Shown: positions 41,693 to 52,930 of the stretch, piece after piece
How the letters are laid out: the number at the start of each line of letters is the position of its first letter
Numbering within the stretch: the stretch's first letter is position 1
Origin: a virus
Length of the DNA: 64,000 nt
Virus record (IMG/VR): IMGVR_UViG_3300047481_001036
Strand: one strand, 5' to 3'
Made by a program: the position numbers and the translations under genes
Notes under the pieces: generated by a model
What the model saw: only the letters and a program-made list of their open reading frames with translations
Databases searched by the model: none
Told to the model about the DNA's origin: nothing

Positions 41693-41863
41693 GCTCATAT
41701 AATATTACTGCCCAGGTTTATGATAGGCAAGATAAAAATAAACAAACACTACTAATTAATAGAGTTATTGAAGCCAGATCAGATACTAATGCTATTAATG
41801 AATTTTATGGACAAAATCCAGAATATGAAATTATAAAAATATTTTCTACGGAAAAAATATAGT

Positions 41864-42496
41864 ATGGAAACAAAACAAAATTTTATAATCAAAGTTGTTA
41901 GAGAATTATTAGCAAATAATTTTTCTGTATTATTGCACAATGCTGAAAAATTAGAAGATAACTGCGGCGGCTGGTGTTGGATAGATGATGATGAAAATAA
42001 AAGAGAATTTGCTGTAGCCATGAAACATCATATGGGATTTGAGATTTTGATCCATGAATACTGTCATTTTTTACAATGGAAAACTGATCGTAAATTTTGG
42101 GACTCGACCTTAAAAACATATGATATATTATTTGATTGGATTGCTGATTTAACATTAGAAATTAGCGAGTTAGATTTACAGCAAAGTTTAACAGATATAA
42201 TCTCTATAGAGCATGATTGTGAAAAACGTGTATTAAAACTGATTAAAAATAATCCTATAGAAGATTTTGACAGTGATAAATATATTAGAGCTGTTAATGC
42301 CTATATATGGAGTTATCACATAAATAAAGACTTAAGAAAAAGACCATTAAACCCCATTTACTCTGAAAGAGTATTACCGTATATGCCTAATATTTTTCAT
42401 GAAAACGTATCATATTATTTAGATAAGAATAATCTTACTTCAGATATTCGTAATGCTTTATTGGTCGAGTACCAAGAAAATTCAAGTGGTTGTTGA
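41864..42496 (+). CDS. Putative zincin-like protein
   Basis: ILIHEYCHFLQ..EHDCE. Confidence 0.55.
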   Translation: METKQNFIIKVVRELLANNFSVLLHNAEKLEDNCGGWCWIDDDENKREFAVAMKHHMGFEILIHEYCHFLQWKTDRKFWDSTLKTYDILFDWIADLTLEISELDLQQSLTDIISIEHDCEKRVLKLIKNNPIEDFDSDKYIRAVNAYIWSYHINKDLRKRPLNPIYSERVLPYMPNIFHENVSYYLDKNNLTSDIRNALLVEYQENSSGC

Positions 42497-42538
42497 CACA
42501 ACGCCGATACATGATATAATTGCCGAAACGGAGGTTTT

Positions 42539-43477
42539 ATGTCAATTAGACCGGGACTGTGTTGTATCTCATTGTCTTTACAGGAGCGTGATCCTCCTAT
42601 TAAATTTCAGACAATGACCTTTAAAAGATTTTCATCTTTGCCTCGTAATGAAGCCCTAGAGACTCTAGGAGGTAGGATTCTAAACAACCTTCAAGTCACC
42701 AATGAAACTATTAAGTTTTGTGCTGACAACGGCTGGGTCTACAGAGTATCTTCTGATATATTTCCATTGATTACTTATGATGAAGCCAATATTACTTTGG
42801 AAGATTTGCCTCAACACGATGAGATTCAAGACGAATTTGATAACATAGAACAGACTATTAAACAGACAAATGTTCGTGTCTCAGCACATCCATCTGAGTT
42901 TAATAGTTTGTCTAGCCTATCTGAAAAAGTAGTGGAAAAAACTATCGTTGAACTTAATTTTTATAGTAGTTTCTTTGATAGAATAGGTTTGCCTGCTAGC
43001 ACAGTGGCTCCGATGAATCTTCATGTTCATAACAACAACGGAACCAGAGAAGAAATAGCACATAGATTTTATTCTAACTTCAAAAGATTGGATGAGAATT
43101 GCCAAAGTAGACTTACTATTGAAAATGATGACAAATTGAATTGCTGGAGCGTAAATGAATTAGTTAATATATTTTACCCTATAACACAAATTCCTATCTG
43201 CTTTGATTATTTGCACCATAAATGTCATCCCGGTAATCTAACTGAAGTAGAAGCCATTCATATGTGTTATAACACTTGGAACACTAGACCTTTATTTCAT
43301 TACAGTGAAAGTCGTGAGGGTAATAATCCAAGAGCCCATGCTGACTATGCTACTCAGCCGATGAATACATATGATCTAGAATTTGATTGCGATTTTGAAT
43401 TGAAAGCTAAGTGCTTGGCTATTAAACAATATGAAAAACTTTATCCAAATATAAATAATGTTTTGATTCAAGTATGA
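42539..43477 (+). CDS. uvsE: UV damage endonuclease
   Basis: GLCCI, YRVSSDIFP, SAHP, IENDD, FDYLHH, HYSE, AHAD, ELKAK. Confidence 0.9.
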   Translation: MSIRPGLCCISLSLQERDPPIKFQTMTFKRFSSLPRNEALETLGGRILNNLQVTNETIKFCADNGWVYRVSSDIFPLITYDEANITLEDLPQHDEIQDEFDNIEQTIKQTNVRVSAHPSEFNSLSSLSEKVVEKTIVELNFYSSFFDRIGLPASTVAPMNLHVHNNNGTREEIAHRFYSNFKRLDENCQSRLTIENDDKLNCWSVNELVNIFYPITQIPICFDYLHHKCHPGNLTEVEAIHMCYNTWNTRPLFHYSESREGNNPRAHADYATQPMNTYDLEFDCDFELKAKCLAIKQYEKLYPNINNVLIQV

Positions 43478-43926
43478 CTAGATCTACTAAAGATATTATA
43501 TCTAAAAAAATAGAAAATTTTAGAGGAAATAGGGATAACTACAAAAAGAAAAAACCCTATATTAGTAAACCTTCTAAAGAAGCAGACATAAAAACTATAT
43601 TGAAGAATAAAATTATTAGATTTCACAGAGACAAGAAACTATGGAAATATCCTCCAATGACATTTAAAGTAAAAGATTTGCTAGATAAAATAGGAGAAAA
43701 TCCTACTTGCTATTTGACTGGTCGCCCAATTAATCTAATGGATGGTCAATCGTATCATTTAGATCATATAATTCCTAAAAATAAAGGGGGCGAAAACTCT
43801 ATAGAAAACTGTAATATTGCTTGTCGTGATGCTAATCAAGCCAAAGGCAACTTGTTGTATCAGGAATTTATTTTATTATGTGAAGAGATACTAAGTTTTC
43901 ACAAGCAAAATAAGGTCAATATATGA
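43474..43926 (+). CDS. HNH endonuclease
   Basis: CYLTG..HLDHIIP..GG.N...N....C..AN..K. Confidence 0.85.
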   Translation: MTRSTKDIISKKIENFRGNRDNYKKKKPYISKPSKEADIKTILKNKIIRFHRDKKLWKYPPMTFKVKDLLDKIGENPTCYLTGRPINLMDGQSYHLDHIIPKNKGGENSIENCNIACRDANQAKGNLLYQEFILLCEEILSFHKQNKVNI

Positions 43927-44227
43927 GCGGGTGGTTAATAGCGTTGTGTGGTTGCATCTATGCTTATGTAGCATTAGAACAATGTTATAAGGGTAATTGG
44001 GGAATGTTTATAGCATATACTGGTTATGCTTATGCTAATATAGGTTTATATATGCTTGCTAGTAAATGAGGAACTTATGAAACAACCCAAACAAATCAAA
44101 CTAAATGATTCACCAGAATGTAAAAAAGTCAATCTTACACCATTGCCGCCTATTAATAGGTCATATCCAGAACCTATGAGTGATGACATATATAGTAAAA
44201 CTACTGAAGATAATATTGGAATAAATA

Positions 44228-44680
44228 ATGAAAATAATTCAGAAAACCATTCGGAAAGCATATAGCAACTGGAATCCTTGCAAAGAGATTCGATGCTATC
44301 ATTATAGTGCGTGTTTTGATGGAACTAAATTAATTTGTTTCACTCAGAATAATCCTGTTAAAACCCATGCTGGTGCTTATAGGATCGGAGAGGACTTCAA
44401 TCTTCCTAAATATAAGGAGCATCCATTTTATCATGCAGAATCTCATCTTGTTTCTCAACTTCTGGATCGCTACAATACCATTGATCCTAATTGGTCAATT
44501 GTTGTTATACGAATTAATAGAAGAGGACTGATACTCGGCAGTAAACCTTGTGAAAATTGTGATAAACTTCTTAATGCTGTTGGACTAACAGATATATATT
44601 ATAGTAATGATAACGGCGGTTTTTGTGATAAGTATGGATCTAATATAGGAACAGAATATGCCACATTGTCTTTGGTTTAA
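44228..44680 (+). CDS. Cytidine/deoxycytidylate deaminase-fold protein
   Basis: HAE...SKPCENC zinc motif. Confidence 0.8.
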   Translation: MKIIQKTIRKAYSNWNPCKEIRCYHYSACFDGTKLICFTQNNPVKTHAGAYRIGEDFNLPKYKEHPFYHAESHLVSQLLDRYNTIDPNWSIVVIRINRRGLILGSKPCENCDKLLNAVGLTDIYYSNDNGGFCDKYGSNIGTEYATLSLV

Positions 44681-44819
44681 ATTCTTAACTACAGTCATAC
44701 TATCTTTTATCGGATATTTCTTAGGATATTGCTTGGGTCATTGGTCAAATTTTATATTCAAGTAAACCGTTTGACAGTGCCGATACCGTATGATAGAATG
44801 TGTTAACGGAGGCACACCT

Positions 44820-45038
44820 ATGAATTGTATATATTGTAATGCTTTGATTCCAGATGGACGTTTGGAGTTTCTTATGGAAACAAACAGAAGTTTGGTATGT
44901 ATTGAATGTAGTAGCGAGAACAGGGCTATTGGCTTTATGGATTGGGGTCATAAAACAGCACCAAGTTTGGTAATGGTTCCTTCTAATGCTACTGAGACTA
45001 TTCGTAAACTTAATAGGGCCAATCGTCGTGCAAGGTGA
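44820..45038 (+). CDS. DksA/TraR C4 zinc-finger-like protein
   Basis: CIYCNALIPDGRLE..CIEC. Confidence 0.7.
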   Translation: MNCIYCNALIPDGRLEFLMETNRSLVCIECSSENRAIGFMDWGHKTAPSLVMVPSNATETIRKLNRANRRAR

Positions 45039-45772
45039 TTTGTGAGAATTAAAATTTTCTATCACGACAGTTGTAAAACTTTTGAACAATTTCAAACAGA
45101 TATTAATTTATGGTTGATGGAACACGAAGATATTGAGATAATTTCTGCCGATAGAATTCCTGGGTCTTATAGTATCTTATATAAAGAAATGAGTGTGGGA
45201 AATGACAGCGATGAAGTGGATTGATTTGTTTAAGTTTCTTAATGAAAGAGCCAACGATATAAAGAATCTTGGATCATTTAATTGGCAGGCTCCAGTTACT
45301 ATTCACGATGCCGAGACAGGAGATGAATTTAGTTGTGATACATATTATATTAATGATATCAAAGGGAATGATCGTTTAGTTCTTATAACGAATGTTGAAA
45401 AAGTTTTTGAGGAGAATATTTAATGGATTTGGAAATAGAAAGCCTCTTATTCAAACAAGTAGAGAAACCTAAACAATTTTTAATGACCAAAATTATTAAT
45501 GTATTTGAAAATAGATATCGTATTAATGTTTATATCGAAATTTATGAAGATAATCTAGTAAAAAAGAGAATACACAGTAGTTATTTTTGTCATTATAAAC
45601 CTGGATCATTAGTAATTATGACAGATCCAGACAAAGAAAAAAATATCAAATCTATTAGATCTTGGTGATCCGATGCTTTTGAGAAAATTCTTAAAGAGTC
45701 TGTCTTGACAACGCCGATAACTCTGGTATACTTAGAGAGTACCTACTACTAAACTACGGAGACTACTGAATT

Positions 45773-46180
45773 ATGGCTAAGGGACAAAAAACTTGTGACA
45801 AGTGTGGAACTATGACTGGCCCAAGAGCGTATATGTGCAAAAAGTGCAATACTCCTTTTGTTTTTAAGGCTAAGAGCAAGGAAGCAAAAAATACTAAGAT
45901 TATACGCGATTTTAATTGGAGAGAACTGGTTAAGGGTGATCGTGTAAGAGTTGCTGGTGGCCCATATTTTGTTAGCCGTGGCGAGTTTATTCCTATGGGT
46001 TATAGGGGTAGATTTGTTGTTGAGTCTCTTGATGATAATGGAATTTTGGCTTTCGGTATTGACAAGCACCAAGGCTTCTGTCATATTTATATGGGTGGAG
46101 ATATTCAAAACAAGGAAACTGGCGTTTGGAAAACGGCTCATAAACTTATGAAACTTAAACAAAAAGAATTAACGTCATGA
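45773..46180 (+). CDS. Zinc-ribbon hypothetical protein
   Basis: KTCDKCG..GPRA..CKKC; own promoter at 45705. Confidence 0.65.
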   Translation: MAKGQKTCDKCGTMTGPRAYMCKKCNTPFVFKAKSKEAKNTKIIRDFNWRELVKGDRVRVAGGPYFVSRGEFIPMGYRGRFVVESLDDNGILAFGIDKHQGFCHIYMGGDIQNKETGVWKTAHKLMKLKQKELTS

Positions 46181-47378
46181 CTTTAACACAAGAACAAAAA
46201 GACCAATTTAATAAGCTAATAGATTATAGAGACGATATTACAGATAGTCTCTATCATATAGAGAGGATATTAAAAACATATTTTCCAGAAGAATTTGAAA
46301 TAGCATATCAGCACTGGATTCCTCAAATAATAACAGCTTTATATGAAGATAATAGATGGTTACAAAGAGGAGAAAGAAATATGCAGCAAACCATAAATCG
46401 GCTGATTGATAAAATTCAGTCTGACCAAGATAAGGGTGTATATAAATACATATAATTGGAGACATAAATAATGTCAGAAGTTTATGCTATCACAGATTTG
46501 CGTTCGTATGCTACTCAAATGAGAGAAGCGGCGGCAACTAGTTTGTCGGATTCGTATGATGAAAATTTGGACTCCTATATCAGTCTTCAACAAATGATAG
46601 GTTTGGTAAATAAAATTTGTTTGGGTTTTGACGATCAAAACAGACCATTACTGAATGAAGATACTAATTCAGAAATTTTTGGTCAAACAGCCGCTTGGAT
46701 ATATAATGTCGGCCTTGCCAAATTAGCCTCACAAGATTTAATTGAATGTGCTTGGGATAATGAGTCTAACGAAATGGTATTTTGGCCCAAACAAAAACCA
46801 TCAGATATCAAAACTAAAAATGAATCAAAATCAAGCAAAAATAGAAAACCTAAAGGATGAAATACATCATCTAAAAGAATATTTACTCTCTGATTGTTGC
46901 AGACAATGTTCGGAAATAGTCTCTAAGATTGAACAATATCAGAAAGAATTATATCAACTAGAAAATAATCATGACAAACATTAGTCAAAAACGACTTAAT
47001 AAGTTAAAAAAACAAGGAAAATTAAGAGACAATTTTGAACTTTGGGTTGACAGACATAATCATAAATTTGAACTTATAAGAACTATTACAAGTCTGCTTG
47101 GTATTATTATGAGTTCTCTTATTATGCTCAAAGTTTTTAAAATCATATAGGATTATAATTATGATAGACAGAAACCATACACAACTATCAATGTCTGTAA
47201 TATTAGTAGGAATAATAATATTCATTGTGGGCCTGATAGGTATCAATATATCAAACAATCGAATAAGTAAGAATGAAACTATCACAGCTAATGAAGTATC
47301 AGAAGAAGATTTGATATTGATAAAAAAAGAAATTAGCCGATTGGACGAAATATCACGAACAGACTATTATAAGAATAA

Positions 47379-47732
47379 GGGCGAGTAAAGGTATCGATTG
47401 GATATAGAAGATTATGTAAGCAAGTAGTGGTTAATCGACCGGCCACTTTAAAAGTCGATTAAATGCTTTAACTGGCACAACTCAGTTAGCCCTTGCTGCC
47501 TAATAAAACGGGCAGTAACAGATTGCGATTGCGAACGAGGGTAGCGATCAAAAATCTGTCGTTAAATCCCTCTGCACTTATAATATCCAACAGATTATAA
47601 GTTAAGCAAAGTTGGTAAAATGGGAAGAATCTTGTTTGTTCTAAAATCCTATTTAACTAATGAACAAAATAAACTTGTAGAAAGCATAGTTAGAAATATC
47701 GCAAGACTCGGGTTCGACTCCCGACTCGTCCA
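47379..47732 (+). ncRNA. ssrA: tmRNA; tag (A)GTTQLALAA*
   Basis: GGGCGAG/CTCGTCC-A acceptor with G3:U70, T arm TCGGG-TTCGACT-CCCGA, tag ORF 47474-47503. Confidence 0.93.
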
Positions 47733-47741
47733 CTATCATAT

Positions 47742-48323
47742 ATGATAACCAATCAAGATATTATTACTTATACTGTAGAATCAGAATTTATGAATCTGAT
47801 AATATCTAATGCTAAAAAAGCAGAAATCGGAGGTTATTCTCAGTTCAGAAAGTCTAGTGATAGAAATTCTACTTTAGGAGAAGATCAACTTGTTGGACAA
47901 ATATCTACCTATTGTGCATCTATGGTTTTAACGGGTTCTTATGATGGATATATTAAAGCCAGAGAAAAAGCTAATGCTAATCCTTTAAGCGGTGACGGTG
48001 GAATAGATATTATTGGTATTGATAATGTTGATATTAAAGGTAGTTTGATGAGATATTCTAATAATCCTCTCAACTATAGACTTTTAGTAAGACCTAGAGA
48101 AAGACATAAAAACTGGATTTATGTTTTGGGATTGGTTCCCAAAGAAAGACCTTATAAATGTCATTTAGTAGGATGGGTTAATGATTCAGATTTACCCCAA
48201 AATACTTATAATGGGTCTATTAAGTCTTTACATGGTGCTTATGTAGTAGAGGCTGATCGTTTACTTAAAATAAGTGAGTTAATTACAAAATTAAACCCTC
48301 TTAATAGAAAGATTTATATATGA
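47742..48323 (+). CDS. Hypothetical protein, possible PD-(D/E)xK fold
   Basis: GDGGID....VDIK motif. Confidence 0.5.
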   Translation: MITNQDIITYTVESEFMNLIISNAKKAEIGGYSQFRKSSDRNSTLGEDQLVGQISTYCASMVLTGSYDGYIKAREKANANPLSGDGGIDIIGIDNVDIKGSLMRYSNNPLNYRLLVRPRERHKNWIYVLGLVPKERPYKCHLVGWVNDSDLPQNTYNGSIKSLHGAYVVEADRLLKISELITKLNPLNRKIYI

Positions 48324-48464
48324 GTGTATGGAAAAAATTATTTAAGAAAACTCAAAAAGAGAATAATAAACATCATGAACAGGAAATGGAGTATTTAAGA
48401 CTTCTAGAAAAACGCATGAAAAAACTTGAAAAACAAGTAGAGAAAAAGAAAAAGAAATAATAGA

Positions 48465-48809
48465 ATGCCAAGAAAAATTTGTTCATATTGTGGCGAAAGG
48501 AAAAATAGAAAAAGTTTTCCTAAGCACAGTATGTACAAGGATAATTTAGATAGTAGATGTAGAAAATGTATTAAAAAACATTCTAAGATAAGAAGCAAAC
48601 TCCATAAAAAAGCTCCCCCAAAACCAGAAGTTTGTGAGTGTTGTAAAAAAGTTCCATATAAATGGGCTTTAGATCATGATCACGATGATAATAGTTTTAG
48701 AGGATGGCTCTGCGAAAGTTGTAACACTGGTATAGGAAAATTAGGAGATGATTTTCAAAGTATTGTGAACGCTATGAATTATTTTCTTTCAAGGCCCAAT
48801 CGCAAATAG
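48465..48809 (+). CDS. Endonuclease VII-like protein
   Basis: CECC..LDHDH..FRGWLC..CN.GIG.LGD. Confidence 0.85.
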   Translation: MPRKICSYCGERKNRKSFPKHSMYKDNLDSRCRKCIKKHSKIRSKLHKKAPPKPEVCECCKKVPYKWALDHDHDDNSFRGWLCESCNTGIGKLGDDFQSIVNAMNYFLSRPNRK

Positions 48810-48873
48810 TCGATACTTGACAAAGAGCAATCGGCATGATACAATTGTGTGAAACACAGGAGACTTATTGGAA

Positions 48874-50193
48874 ATGAAAAACGAGCATCATTTTGATTAT
48901 GTTTGGGGAATGGTTCGTGATCTTAGGGCGACTAGCAGCACTATTGATAAGCAAGGTATTATTGAAGACTATTGTAACCATAGTAGTAGTGCTGCAAATT
49001 TTACTAAGAAAATTCTGCTCTATACCTACCATCCTTTATGGCAGTATAATGTTACCAGCGATAATCTAAAGAAAAAGAACCATCTTATTGCACGAAAGAA
49101 CGAGTACAATAATTTCTTTAATCTGCTGGATGATCTAAAAGATCGCAAGATTACTGGTCACGACGCTATTGCTGCTGTTAATAGTTTTATCGAACATAAT
49201 GATGAGTATGAGGAACTTATTCATTGTATTATTGATAAAGACTTGAAAACCCGTGCTGGCGACAAGATTATTAATAAGGCTATCGAAGATCATATTCCAG
49301 AATTTAGCGTTGCTCTGGCCGATAAATATGAACCTAGTATTGTAGACTGGAAGGATGGATGGTATGTTAGCAGGAAAATTGACGGTGCTAGATGTATCGC
49401 TATTGTTGATGATAGTGGTAACGCTACTTTCTACTCCCGCACGGGAAAAAGTTTTGATACTCTTGACGTTGTTGCTGGTGGTATTAAGGCTCTCGGTATT
49501 ACTAATGTAGTTTTGGACGGAGAACTTTGTTTGGTCGATGAAGATGGGAACGAAGACTTCCAAGGAATTATGAAACAACTCAAAAAGAAAGATCATACTA
49601 TTCCAAATCCTTCATATAAGATTTTCGATGCTATAACCCATGATGAGTTTTATAGTAAGAAGGGTGCCTACAATAGACCATATTCTATTAGGCTTGCTGA
49701 TCTAATTGGGGCCATGAGGTTTAATGAATGTCCATGTTTGACTGTTCTTGAACAAGACCTTATTAAAAATGATGATCATTTTGCTGAGTGGGTTTCTAAG
49801 TCCACCAAGCAAAAATGGGAAGGTCTTATGCTTCGTGCTGATGAACCATATAAGGGAAAGAGAAGCAAAGATTTGCTCAAATATAAGAGTTTCTTTGATG
49901 ATGAATACGAAGTAATCGACACAGAAATGGGGCCGTTCCGATATGTACTAAATGGGAAAGAGCATGAGGAAACCATGTTGTCTTGTGTAATGATTTCCCA
50001 TAAAGGACATACTGTTAGAGTTGGTAGCGGATTCTCTATTGAACAAAGACAGGAATTTTATAAGCGTCCAGAGAATATTCTTGGTAAAATCATCACTGTG
50101 CAATACTTTGAACAAACTAAAAATCAAGATGGAGGGATCAGTCTTAGGTTTCCCACATTTAAAATCTTGCATGGTAGCAGCAGGGACACTTAA
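48874..50193 (+). CDS. ATP-dependent DNA ligase
   Basis: SRKIDGARC, LDGEL, IFD, WEGLMLR, LLKYK, VGSGF, SLRFP. Confidence 0.95.
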   Translation: MKNEHHFDYVWGMVRDLRATSSTIDKQGIIEDYCNHSSSAANFTKKILLYTYHPLWQYNVTSDNLKKKNHLIARKNEYNNFFNLLDDLKDRKITGHDAIAAVNSFIEHNDEYEELIHCIIDKDLKTRAGDKIINKAIEDHIPEFSVALADKYEPSIVDWKDGWYVSRKIDGARCIAIVDDSGNATFYSRTGKSFDTLDVVAGGIKALGITNVVLDGELCLVDEDGNEDFQGIMKQLKKKDHTIPNPSYKIFDAITHDEFYSKKGAYNRPYSIRLADLIGAMRFNECPCLTVLEQDLIKNDDHFAEWVSKSTKQKWEGLMLRADEPYKGKRSKDLLKYKSFFDDEYEVIDTEMGPFRYVLNGKEHEETMLSCVMISHKGHTVRVGSGFSIEQRQEFYKRPENILGKIITVQYFEQTKNQDGGISLRFPTFKILHGSSRDT

Positions 50194-50717
50194 TAAACCT
50201 CTCTCTCCTTGCGAGGTTTGATTCCTGTAACACAATTTATTACGGTTTCTAACCAATACCAAAAATATATCTTATTCAGTATGGGGTTTACCATCATAGT
50301 CATAACACAATAATTAGTGTCATAAGGACGTTTATGATGTAGTGCATGGGTTTTTTTGTTCTGTAGTATATTATATTTTTGAAGTAACCTAATCAGTTTA
50401 TTTGTTTTAGTATGTTCCCAACAATGTATTTCATTACTTTGAGAAGCGATAATAAAAACTAAACATAAAAAATAATAATGCATAATATAACAAATAACTG
50501 CTAGTATTAGTGCTGGAATGATTGTTGTCCAGTTTCTAGTCCAGTAGTTTCCTTTACAAAATAACATTGGATCTTTATGATGCCTAATATTAGGCTGTAT
50601 AATATATTTACCTATTAATGGCCAATCTGGATTACCATATCTATCCTCCCACCAATGAAATATTCCTGTTAGTAAATCAGCAACAATAATAGCTAATACT
50701 AAATATAGAATAATCAT
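50190..50717 (-). CDS. CarF/TMEM189 (Kua) family lipid desaturase
   Basis: ADLLTGIFHWWEDRYG, RHH, HCWEH, HALHH, NYC. Confidence 0.85.
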   Translation of the reverse strand: MIILYLVLAIIVADLLTGIFHWWEDRYGNPDWPLIGKYIIQPNIRHHKDPMLFCKGNYWTRNWTTIIPALILAVICYIMHYYFLCLVFIIASQSNEIHCWEHTKTNKLIRLLQKYNILQNKKTHALHHKRPYDTNYCVMTMMVNPILNKIYFWYWLETVINCVTGIKPRKEREVY

Positions 50718-50853
50718 TATTTTAAATGCTCCCTATTAAAGAAATTCTATAATATTATACACTTAATTAGAAATATTAAAGTTTTCTGATTGACAAGTCG
50801 ATAACACTAGTGTACAATCGTGACATACCTTGGAAACACTTTTTGGAGAAACA

Positions 50854-51564
50854 ATGAGCGAAGTTAGTATTGAAAAAACACCAATTGTTATGAGTACCAG
50901 CAAGGCCGACGAATTTTTTAGGAACTTTCCTAAAGATAAGGTGGTCGCCTATAAGGATTATTGGGAGAGTATTCGTCCGAATAGTCATGATGAAATTTTT
51001 CGTAGATATCTTTTTGCCTATATGAGTGTCCATACCACTTGGAAATCTAATGTTGCTGGATATAATGCTATTAAGAATTTCAGTGAATGGCTAGACGATA
51101 AAGAACTGCTCAGAGAAAAGATCAAGCATAGTGGGTGCGGACTTTACAATAACCGCACAAAGTTTATTTGGGATTTTAAGGATAAATTCTGGGCGAATCC
51201 CAAAGATTTTTATCTTACTACTAAGAAGTATCATGTTAAGAAAAGAGATCAGATTGTAAATAATATATCTGGACTCGGAACTGCTAAGGTTTCATTCGCT
51301 CTTGAACAATCTCATCCTAATGAATGTAGAGTCTTTTGTGGTGATACACATATGCTTGAACTTTATGGCATGAAAACATTGACATATCAATCTAAAAAAG
51401 GACTTGAACTGTACAAGAAAATGGAAAGACACTGGAGTGTTAATTGCGGTAAAATAGGCGTACCAGCATATATTGCTAGATCTATTTTTTGGGATGCCAA
51501 GCAAAATAAGACTGATTCACGATACTGGTCTTACGTCTTTGAAGAAGAATCTATTACTATATAA
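50854..51564 (+). CDS. HhH glycosylase-like protein
   Basis: NISGLGTAKVSFAL..CGDTHML. Confidence 0.6.
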   Translation: MSEVSIEKTPIVMSTSKADEFFRNFPKDKVVAYKDYWESIRPNSHDEIFRRYLFAYMSVHTTWKSNVAGYNAIKNFSEWLDDKELLREKIKHSGCGLYNNRTKFIWDFKDKFWANPKDFYLTTKKYHVKKRDQIVNNISGLGTAKVSFALEQSHPNECRVFCGDTHMLELYGMKTLTYQSKKGLELYKKMERHWSVNCGKIGVPAYIARSIFWDAKQNKTDSRYWSYVFEEESITI

Positions 51565-52738
51565 TATAGTCAGAAAGGTTAACGCATGAGTCAAAATGGC
51601 AAAGGCAGCAAGCCAAGACCCAAAAGTGTTGATAGTATAACATGGAGTAAAAATTGGGATAAAATTTTTAAACCCAAGAAAAAAGGTCATTCAAATGCCA
51701 AAAGGCGTTAAAGTTTGGATAAAAAATAAAACAGATAATATAGACGAATTGAATAAATACGGATATATTATTAGAAGATTAAATGTTCATTTCTATGAGA
51801 TAGAACCAGAGGTAAAACAAACAAATGAAGATACTGTTATCTTACATAAGGATGACTTTGTAGAGATATCAGAATCTAATAGATTTTTATATGGGATACG
51901 AAACAAGATACAATAATAATCAAACAGTCAGCTTATTCTCTCTGTGTGATTGTAAAAATGAAATCTTATATATGGAGTATGACCACGAAATTAAGCTTGT
52001 GGATGTGTGTATTTTTAAATCCGGGTATGGTACACGCTTATCTTTAAAAGACAGGTTCAGATATATCTGGAGAGTTTTAACAACGGGCAAACCGTACTCA
52101 GACCAGATCATGCTTAATTTAGAACAAATTAGAGATATTAAAAACTTTTGCAATACTATACTTAATTAGTGTATTAATATAAGTACTATATACTCGTATA
52201 TAAAGGGCTGTAATTATGAAAACAATGAATAATTATATCGGAGATGAATTAGCCCATAAGGTCAAGGTGCTAAGTCAAGCACTTAACGAAGCCAGAACAA
52301 TTATATCTAAATTAGAAGAAGAAAATAATCTTCTAAAAGACGCTCTTATGAATATAACGTCTATAAATAAAGAATATTCTTATCCTCATTCAGAGGCTAT
52401 GTGTGCTTAATTTTACAGATAAGCAGAATAATAAACAAATTACTGTTACTCAAATAAAAGATAATCAATTTTTAGTCGAAGGTCGGTATGATACCATGAA
52501 AATGGTAGGAGAGAATGAATACTGTATAAGCTATATTGATATAGAAGATGGTCCGTTTCTCCATGTAGGTAAAGATTTTTTAGGTATGGGTACTATACTA
52601 AGATTAGAACCCATTGACTCGTCTAGAGATAACTATATGATAATTAAGGTTTTTATAGGATAAATTATATGCTAATACTAGAACTAATTCCAGTGGTCGG
52701 TTTACAACAAGCACTACTTATATATGGATATACAGATT

Positions 52739-52930
52739 ATGTCACGACTAACTAAATGTACTAAAGATAGATCATTGTTTGGTGTGTGTTGCGGTATCTC
52801 TAAAGCAACAGGCATAGACGTAACTATCATTAGATTAGCCCTAGTATTAGGAGCATTATTTACAGGAAGTATTCTATTTTGGGTCTATATTATAGCAGCA
52901 TTAGTGTTGCCTAGCGACGAACAGACTTAA
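52739..52930 (+). CDS. pspC: PspC domain protein
   Basis: DRSLFGVCCGISKATGIDVTIIRL..YIIAALVLP. Confidence 0.85.
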   Translation: MSRLTKCTKDRSLFGVCCGISKATGIDVTIIRLALVLGALFTGSILFWVYIIAALVLPSDEQT

